From positions 76,508,001 to 76,572,000 of the forward strand of contig NC_043007.1 in the NCBI RefSeq assembly GCF_006345805.1: DNA of 64,000 nt. The letters are read 5' to 3'. The DNA comes from Octopus sinensis. Its lineage: Eukaryota. This document shows, piece by piece, positions 55,351-64,000 of the stretch (the first letter of the stretch is position 1; the number at the start of each line of letters is the position of its first letter). The notes beneath the pieces are model-generated. The model had not been told where the DNA came from and did not search any database. It saw only the letters and a list, made by a program, of their open reading frames with translations. Both the position numbers and the translations under genes were made by a program.

Positions 55351-55987
55351 GGTGGTGGTGTGGTGGTGGTGGTGGTGGGGTGGTGGTGGTGGTGGTGGGG
55401 TGGTGGTGGTGGTGTCAATTTCTTTGTACCGAAGATCATGAGGAAGAGGCTATAGAACACAATCGATGAGGTCGCTATAGAACACAATCGATGACATCAA
55501 CTCAAGCACTTGATTGGTACTGCATTTTATCGATACCGAAGGGATACAAAGCAAAGTTGAGCTCTGCATGATTTGACTTGAAGAAATTTTGCTAAGGATT
55601 TTGTCCGGCGTGCTAACGATTCTGCCAATCAATTCTAAGCCTTGAACAAATAGAAGTTACTTGATCTTTTATGATCCTCACCGACTTCATGATTTCCTCA
55701 TCTCTTACGAATCTCAGGACATGTTTTTATAAATATTTTTCTCCCATTTTTTAAAAGAATTTTTTCTAGTCTGGCAAAGAAATAGTTTCAAACGACGTCA
55801 CGTAATAAGCGTTCTTTTAAATATTTATACACCATTATTTCTGCTATGACGTAATAATCATCACATTTTCTAAACGAAAACAGACTTTGTTTACTTCTAT
55901 TTCATATCGTTTCATTCAGTATGCACCAACAACTGTGTTACATAAACTATCGGGAAATAATATTTATATTCACTTAATTCTGGATGT

Positions 55988-56592
55988 TCTGTTACAGCAA
56001 ACTATGCTGTGGTAGATACTGTGAGAGAAATTGTCATATCAGCTTTTAGTGCAAAATGAATTCTTGTTTATATCATTGGTAGGGAGATAAATCCCCACCA
56101 TCTCCAACGCCTCAACAACCAGACAATGGGATTTCGACCTTCCTGGATTTTGTCAATGATGGACGCTCGACCGCTAGAGATAGCAGCGACTCATCTCCCC
56201 GCCAGTGATATACAGAAGAACAGTGCCTGAACAAGTGCTAGTCTCACGATTAGTCAGTGAGCTTGTTAAAAATATATATATTTGAGGTAGTATCAATACC
56301 AAGAGGTAATATTTATCCCTACTTAAACGCGAATGTTCTGTTAGAACAAACTATGCTGCGGTAGATACCACGAAAGAAATTCTCATATTGGCATTTGATG
56401 CAAATCGCGACACCAGCGCCTGTTCTGGCATTGTTTTTCGATATATCGCTGACGGTAGAATGATTCGCTCTTGTTTCTAGCGGTCGAGCGTCCATCATTG
56501 ACGAGGTCAAGAAAGGTCGAAACCACGTGATCTGGTGGCTTCGGCGCTGGAAATAGCGGGGATTTATCTCCCAGCTAGTGATATAAACAAGA
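55988..56592. mobile_element. Rearranged X-Y-X'-inverted Y' repeat carrying two hammerhead-like motifs
   Basis: X (55988-56058) is directly repeated at 56335-56405. Y (about 56057-56255) is inverted at about 56400-56592. Confidence 0.7.
56492..56538 (+). ncRNA. Hammerhead-like motif, U3 core variant
   Basis: CCATCA-TTGACGA-GGTC-AAGAAA-GGTC-GAAA-CCACGTG-ATC|TGGTGG. The inverted sister copy (56163-56117) has TTGACAA and a GTC cleavage triplet. Confidence 0.55.
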
Positions 56593-57437
56593 GTGCAATA
56601 ATCAACAAATTATAACGCCACAAAAGAAATGCACTAAAATTATGATCTATAATAATAAACGCGAAATTCTGTCTGTCCGGGACCCTTGTATTTCAGTCTA
56701 CATTTTCTCTACATAGGCATAAACCTTTTTGGAATCAGGATGATCTCGGGATTTAAAATCTGTCCTTCATTTAGTTCTTGAACATCCAGCGTTGGGATCT
56801 GACTTAAAAGTATTTGGGTTGCTATTTCTAGCAGGCAAAGCTTTGCCGATTAACGCCATCTTGCTTGGCATTTGTCAGATGACGTCAGAGATCAAAGGGG
56901 AGGTAAATGGCATTCGCTTTGTTAATTTAACGTTGAGATAAGAACTTTGGAACAAATTGACCGACAGTTGGAATTCAACTTGGGACTGCAACAATAGAAT
57001 GATTGCTTTACAGAATTAATTCTTCCCCGTCCTTAACCTCTGATCAAACACCACTGGGGCATAATGTCATTAGAAACGTATTATAGTTATGCTATTTAGC
57101 TCTCTTTAGTTTTGGGTCGCAGGCTCAATTAGCCCTCCGCAGGAGCTAGCTTAAAAGTCTGCACGGAGTGCAGCTTATAAGCTAGTATAAAATATAGAGC
57201 TAAAAGAAGACCATCAAATATATTTCCTTTAATTTAAATTTAAAATTTTCTGTGCTGAATAATTTTAGTTGAAATGGCATCATAATGAACATTTTGCAAA
57301 TTAAACAAAACGTCTTGCACCATGAAATCATTGAAATAACTGCCAGCTAGAGGGACGACGAAACACAGCTCGTGTTATAATGTAGATAGATGTTATAAAA
57401 TATATACATGCTGTATGAGAAAACGATATATTATAAT

Positions 57438-57692
57438 AAATAAATGCGCCCTTTTAAAGCCTAGCCAGGCTCATGGGCCCGATTTCCCGGTTTCAATAGC
57501 GTATGTGTTCCCCAGCTGGACGGGACACCAGTCCATCGCAGCGTTACTCATTTTTATCAGCTGAGTGGACTGGAGCAACGTGAAATGAAGTGTTTTGCTC
57601 AAGAACACATCGCGTCGTCCGGTCCAGGAATCGAAAGCACAATCTTACGATCATGATGCTGACACCCTGACCACTAAGCCACGCGCCTCCAC
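57438..57692 (-). mobile_element. Family C SINE subtype 1
   Basis: 17-bp TSD AAACGA(T/C)ATATTATAAT at 57421-57437 and 57693-57709. Confidence 0.9.
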
Positions 57693-57990
57693 AAACGACA
57701 TATTATAATGCAACATTAATACCATTAAATCAGCTTATCATAATGAAAAAGATACTAGAAGTTTTCATACATTTACAAAAGAAAAAAGACAATTTAAAAG
57801 CATTCACTTCTAGTGAAGGTTGATTTCAAAGTTTCAAACGGCAGGATAACTTAAATAGATCCACCAGTAACCGAAAAATTTCCCGGTTTCTATAGAGTAT
57901 CATCGGTCGTGACAATTACTATCTCCAACTTATGTATTTAATTTATATGAAACAGGCCCTTTCTAGAAAAAAACACCTCCCAATATCTTC

Positions 57991-58038
<48 letters not shown>

Positions 58039-58140
58039 TTCATTCTCTGTCTCTCTCCGTCTCTCTCTTTCTTTCTTTCTTACTTTCTCAAAAAAAGTAT
58101 CTGTGTTCAAGGCTAGAGGAGCTTGTAGAACACTATTAGT

Positions 58141-58305
58141 TGGTGGTGGTGGTGGTGGTGGTGGTGGTGGTGGTGGTGGTGGTGGTGGTGGTGGTGGTGG
58201 TGGTGGTGGTGGTGGTGGTGGTGGTGGTGATTTAGGGTACTTCAAACTGAAGCGTGGTGGTGGTGGTGGTGGTGGTGGTGATTTAGGGTACTTCAAACTG
58301 AAGCC
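58141..58305. repeat. (GGT)n microsatellite with a slippage-duplicated 25-bp flank
   Basis: GATTTAGGGTACTTCAAACTGAAGC occurs twice, separated by a short (GGT)n. Confidence 0.9.
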
Positions 58306-58873
58306 AATACTAGTTTATCTTTCAGAAACATCCCGACCAATGAAGGAATATAAGAACTACATCTTTCAATGGAAATCAAACAAAAAGGTTTGGGCAACAA
58401 TAAACATTTTCACACCGGTTTTTGTCATACTTTTGTCTAGCAGTGAAAAGATATTGCGAAGAACATGACCTTAATTCTTAAGCGTTTTTTACAGTTAATA
58501 ATTCTCCAGTCAATCCCCAGAATCTCTATGCCTTTCAGATTTGCATCCTGTTAAAGTGCGTCTGTTTATACTAGTCGAAGACTCGTCGTAAATAAAATAC
58601 GGGAGGATCTGGTGATATGTTTGTGTTTGCACATGTCCCTGTTAAAGTACTTTACCACCAAACTACACTCCCTTACCTCAAACCATGTAATTTCTAATTT
58701 CGTGGTCTTCTACCTTGTTGAAGAAATAAATGGCCAAGATAAACAATCTATCAGGGGTATTTTGAAAAATCTATAGTATTGTAACAGCTCTAGCCTGAAA
58801 AACAAAGTAAAGTTGAGATATTAAAATTCAGTTTCAATTAACTATAAAGATTTACATGTGGGTGGGGGTGTTT

Positions 58874-58970
<97 letters not shown>

Positions 58971-59967
58971 CGAGTTCGTGTGTGTGTGTATGTGTGTGTC
59001 TGGATGATAGTCTCCCATGGTCCTAGAAAGACAGCGCTCTGCTATCTCTTGCTGAAACTACCTGCACAAATGATTTGTTCATAATGATCAAATGTATGTG
59101 ATGTACATTAGCTCACTCCTTCCATAAAATAGATACTGCCTGAACAGGTCTACGGTGTGCCACATGTCGAGTGTCACAGTGATCGCCGAGCAACGTGAGA
59201 TGAAGTGCTTTGCTCACGAACGCAACACATCACTCCGTCCAAGAATTGGAACACCTTAACCACTAGGTTATGCGCCCTCACCTGTGATGTGTAGCACACT
59301 GTACACCTGTACAAACAATAACATATATTACATAAGCCACAAAATAACTACAGAACTACAGAATATGTTATTAAAATAGTTAAACGAAAAAAAACCTTCC
59401 CATCAGCAAGATATCACAAACTTGTGGACCACAAAACATATTTTAGAAACCAATTATTAGAAAGAAAAACAGTAACTGACAATACTACCAACATATTTAA
59501 AATTCCACAGATCCGACAATTCACTGTAGAAGCTTCATTAAAAGCAAAATAATAACCAAAAATGATCACCCTCTATACAGTACACGTGAAAGAAATCATG
59601 ACAGTTAACGAAGGATTAGCTGTTGAGCTATTTTATTTCACTTTGCTGTGTTGAAAAGAAAACAACTAATATTTTTGCAGTTTTCACCTTTTCGTTGGAG
59701 AAAAGTAATTTCTATGGTTCTGCTCTGTTTATTTCAATTTTCATGACCTGAAAGATATTTATGGAAAATATATGGCTGCATCGCTTCAAACATTTACAAA
59801 GGAGCTTTCACAAAATAAGATGTAATTAAATGGCTCTAATTAGTATTTAATACTATATCCTAGTGTCAGTTTCAATCCAACGGCGGCGGCGGTGATGGTG
59901 CCGGTGGAGGTTGGGGGGGGGCAGTGGTGGTGATGGTGGTGGTGGTGGTGGTGTGGTGGTGGTGGTG

Positions 59968-60014
<47 letters not shown>

Positions 60015-60253
60015 GATGGTCGTGGTTTTCAATGATAAACAAGTTTAACTTTAGCTCACTGGAGAAGGAGATAGTTGACTATATTGAACAAGTACTTGAA
60101 TAGCCCTTTATTTTATCAACACCGATAGGAAAAAGGTTTAGATCTGTGGAATTTTAACTCAAAGCTTTAACAAATGTAATTAAGTACTACATGGGTTGCA
60201 GACCAACTACAGGTAGTAAGCTACGAAATTCTTAGATTTTCTCGATTTCTCCA

Positions 60254-60700
60254 TAATTCAGACCGCCTCCTCGTCTCAGAAGACGAAGCGAAAAAGACGT
60301 TGCCCCGAAGGATGTCGAGGCGAGATGGCACTGGAACAACCACTCTCACTCACGGGGCTCGCACTTGCAGACAGCAATCTCAGCCCCGATAGCTGTGGGC
60401 AAGAATATGATCCAGGGTCCGAGAACACCGGAGGTCTCAACTGCTACATCGTCGACCATAAATCTGACGAGCCGCGGAGCTTGGGCTGGGAGATGAACAC
60501 ACCAAGTTGCCGCTGGAGAAAGTGCCACAGAAGGTGGAACCCCAATTGAGAGGAACTACAGCCACGGAACGGGAAAATAGTCCTACCGTCCAACATTTTA
60601 CCATCCCCTCGGTCTAGCCCCACTGGCTCGAGCTGGGAAGAGAAGCCTGCAATGTCTAGGCCACGCTTTATGATTTCGTTAAGGGAGCCATGGCGTGGAA
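60254..60700. mobile_element. GC-rich interspersed repeat, probable LINE 5' UTR remnant; second partial copy at 61944-62110
   Basis: Shared block TTGCCCCGAAGGATGTCGAGG...CACTCTCACTCACGGGG in direct orientation. The family assignment is inference. Confidence 0.45.
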
Positions 60701-61078
60701 GATGGTAAACACTTAAGATTGTTCTATCTTTTATCTTTTATGTCTTTCAGACATTAGACTGCGGTTATGCTGGTGCACCGCCTTGAAGAATTTGTAGTCG
60801 AGTGAATCCACCCCAGTACTTATTCTGTTTTAAACTGGGACTTATTCTATCGGTCTCTTTTGCCGGACCTTTACGTTACGGGGACGTAAACATACCAACA
60901 CCGATTGTCAAGTAATGATGGTGAAAGACAAACATACGCACAAACACACACACACACATACATACATACATACATACACACATACATACATACATACACA
61001 GATACATATATACATACATACATACATACATACATACATACATACATACATACATACATACATACATACATACATACA

Positions 61079-61112
<34 letters not shown>

Positions 61113-61164
61113 AAAAAAAGTATTGGTTATTGAACAAATTTGGGTCCACGACTTTATATACAAC

Positions 61165-61435
61165 ACCTTCTTCTCTTCTTCTTAATCCTTTTTGCCCCTT
61201 GTGGGGCATCGGGTCTCAACAGTTGTTTTCCACTTTTTGCAGTCAATGGCGTTTTTCTTGGCTGCTTCCCATGTCAGGCCGGTGGTCCTGGGCTCGTCCA
61301 AAATGCTCCGCTTCCATGTCTGCTTCGGGCGTCCTCGCTTCCTTTTCCCCTGCGGGTTCCAGTCAAGTGCTTATCGTGTCACATTTAAGGGTTCTTTCCG
61401 CTGTGTGTGTCATATCCATCTTCCACCCCTCAAAT
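61165..61435 (-). mobile_element. 3' end of an RTE-clade LINE
   Basis: Frame with DWNPQGKRKRGRPKQTWKRSIL...GLTWEAAKKNA...KWKTTV...CPTRGKKD* followed by an (AAG)n-like tail. Confidence 0.85.
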
Positions 61436-61882
61436 ATTTAATCATATATAAAATTCACCATGGTTCTCAAACATGTAAACTATAGTACATATACATAAAC
61501 TCACAGAAGGTAAAAATATATAATTGAATAAAATACAAATAGAACTGCTATCAAAAAGTTAAATATAAGCAACTAAAAATTCAAAACCTACCAAAAAACC
61601 TAATAGAAAAATATAAAATAAGTAAAGGTAAAAATAAAATAAAATAAATGTCCACCGACCAAAAAAGACGATTAAAATATTGAAATTTTTTTAATTTTTT
61701 TTTAATATTTGAAAAATATTTGCAAAATGTCTTTTACTTTTTACAAGTACGTCCAAAGTTCATAAGCAAACAAACATCCACAGGTCAAATTCACATACAT
61801 CTTGAAAAAAGTATTTTACTCCCCTCACACAAGTACCTCCAAAAGTTCATAATAAGCAGACTTCACAGGTCAAATTCAATAT

Positions 61883-61916
<34 letters not shown>

Positions 61917-62526
61917 ATATATATATCTACCAAATCCACTCACAATTCAGACCACCTCATGATCTCAGAAGACAGAACGGAAAAGGCGTTGCCCCGAAGG
62001 ATGTCGAGGGAGATGGCACTGGAACTACCACTCTCACTCACGGGGCCCGCACTTGCGGACAGCAATCTCCGCCCCGATATAATCTAGGGGCCGAGAAAGC
62101 CGGAAGTCTCGGCCCGATGTTATAGTAGAAGTCATTTTCCCGATTAAGTCCACTCTGTTTCTTGATTTTGTTTTTCTGTAAGGTAGTATATTATTCCTGC
62201 CAATGAGGTAGCCCTTAAGTTTTCCGTGTCACTGCCGTCCAGAGCATCCAAACCAACACAGCCTTTTACAGCCAATACAAATGTGCCGGTACTTATTTTA
62301 TCGATCCCGAAAGGATGAAAGGCAAAGTCGGCCTCGGGGGCACAAGGCTAGAAAATATTCGAGTAGTACTTATCTTGACGACACTAGAAGGTTGAAAGGC
62401 GAAGTAAGCGTTCAGGGCTTTGAAGTCAGAATATCATGACCCAAAATACCTGCAAGGCATTTTGTCTAACGTTCCAACGATTATGTTAGACATAAAAATG
62501 TGTCGATGTATATTTCAACAACTTTA

Positions 62527-63076
62527 GGCGCAGGCGTAGCTGTGTGGGTAAGAAGCTCACTTGGTAACCACATGACTTCTGGCTCAGTCCAAATGCGCTG
62601 TATCCTAGTTTTATTTTTTTATGCGCCCTTTTCAAGCCTAGCCAGGCTCATGGGCCCGGTTTTCCGGCTTCTGTGGCGTATTGTCCCTCCCCCTCCAGCT
62701 GGACAGGACGCCAGTCCATCGCAGCGTTACTCAAGAAACAAGAAGAAAGAGTGAGAGAAAGTCGGGACGAAAGAGTACAAGGGTCACCACCATCCACTGC
62801 TGGAGCCTCGTGGAGCTTTAGGTGTTTTTGCTCAATAAACATACACAACGTCCGGTCTGGGAATCAAAACCGCGATCCTCCGACCGCGAGTCCGCTGCCC
62901 TAACCACTGAGCCATTGCGCCTCCTGTATCCTAGGTAAGTATCTTTTACTATAGCCCCAGGCTGATCAATCCCTTAGGAGGAAATATGGTTGAGGGAAAG
63001 TGTGAGGAAGACCGTCATATGCGCACACACACACAAACATAAACACCCACACGTATGTGTGTGTTCGTGTGTGTGT

Positions 63077-63115
<39 letters not shown>

Positions 63116-63314
63116 TGTATATGTGTACCTTTGTGTCTATGTTTGTCCTCTACAGCGCTTAGCAACCTGCGTTGGTTTGTTTATGTCTCCGTCACATTGC
63201 GGTTCGACAAAACAGAACGATAGAATAAGCACTGGGGTCGATTTGTTCGGGTAAGAACCCTTGGAGGCAGTCTCCTAGCATGACTGTAGTCCAATGACTG
63301 AAACAAGTAAAAGA
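62527..63314 (+). mobile_element. Family A SINE split by a family C insertion
   Basis: Head at 62527-62608 resumes at 62925; tail ends AAACAAGTAAAAGA. Confidence 0.8.
62609..62924 (-). mobile_element. Family C SINE subtype 2, nested
   Basis: Head GGAGGCGCAATGGC; 10-bp TSD TGTATCCTAG at 62599-62608 and 62925-62934. Confidence 0.9.
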
Positions 63315-63363
63315 TTACGTTTGTTATATATCCTCTTGGGGGAAACCATACTTCTTAAGATAT

Positions 63364-63622
63364 TTTTTTATGCGTCCTTTTCAAGCCTAGCCAGTCTCAT
63401 GGGCCCGGTTTCCCGGTTTCTGTGACGTATGTGTTCCCCCCAGCTGGACGGGACGCCACTCCATCGCAGCGAGAGAAAGTTGGGGTGAAAGAGTACAACG
63501 GGGGTCGTGGAGCTTTAGGTGTTTTCTCTCAATAAACACACACAACGCCCGGTCTGGGAATCGAAACCGGGATCTTCCGACTGCAAGTCCGCTGCCCTAA
63601 CCACTGGGCCATTGCGCCTCCT
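63364..63622 (-). mobile_element. Family C SINE subtype 2 (internally deleted)
   Basis: 12-bp TSD TTCTTAAGATAT at 63352-63363 and 63623-63634. Confidence 0.88.
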
Positions 63623-64000
63623 TTCTTAAGATATATAAGGAAATAAAATATCAATCTCTAAATACCACCCACTGTCGCTATTGTTAGACTACATCGTATA
63701 AACAACAATGACAGCCATAATTGATCAGTCAACTGCAGCAAAGTATTTCCTGTCAGTGCCGATGACAATTACAAGTTCCTTTAATATAATACAATAGTTT
63801 GGGTCAGTAAATTACTCATAGGTGTAAATTACTCACAGGCATGTATATTTGACGTACATACAGAGATACTCATAAGCATTAAACAAGAATCATGTAAGCA
63901 CTAGTATAAATCCCTTACATCCGCTTAACGAAACCCCAAGCCAATAATGTAGTGTAACGTAATGTAACTTCTGTAAGTCACAAAACCTACTAGAAATAGC

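Noticed and set aside
57932-58468. Poly-Gly / poly-Pro ORFs
   Set aside because: They derive from the (GGT)n and (CT)n arrays.
60463-60495. CTGACGA followed by a GCC/GGC stem
   Set aside because: No GAAA or cleavage triplet follows, so it is not a hammerhead.
60600-60680. Possible HDV-like ribozyme in the GC-rich repeat
   Set aside because: A P3/L3-like element is visible, but P1 has mismatches and no P2 partner was found by eye.

Overview
Eukaryotic, AT-rich, microsatellite-saturated DNA. The SINE families and repeat landscape look like an octopus/cephalopod genome (inference). Almost every ORF in the supplied track is a microsatellite or transposon artefact. The only convincing host coding sequence is missing from the track because it has neither start nor stop codon in the window: a minus-strand exon at 248-1 encoding a signal-peptide h-region plus a six-cysteine eclosion-hormone-like neuropeptide domain. 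The rest appears to be intron or upstream sequence. It contains tRNA-derived SINEs (several young, with TSDs, some nested), two dead mariner elements, non-autonomous Helitron-like elements, RTE and CR1-type LINE fragments, small MITEs and a decayed Penelope-like element (RT thumb plus GIY-YIG). The most striking non-coding signal is a set of minimal type I hammerhead ribozyme motifs with palindromic stem III. Two have intact cores (20820-20862, 52482-52523), one is a U3 variant present as an inverted pair (56492-56538 and 56117-56163), and three are degenerate. They are carried by short fold-back units often embedded in (TA)n arrays, consistent with several families of Penelope-like terminal repeats.
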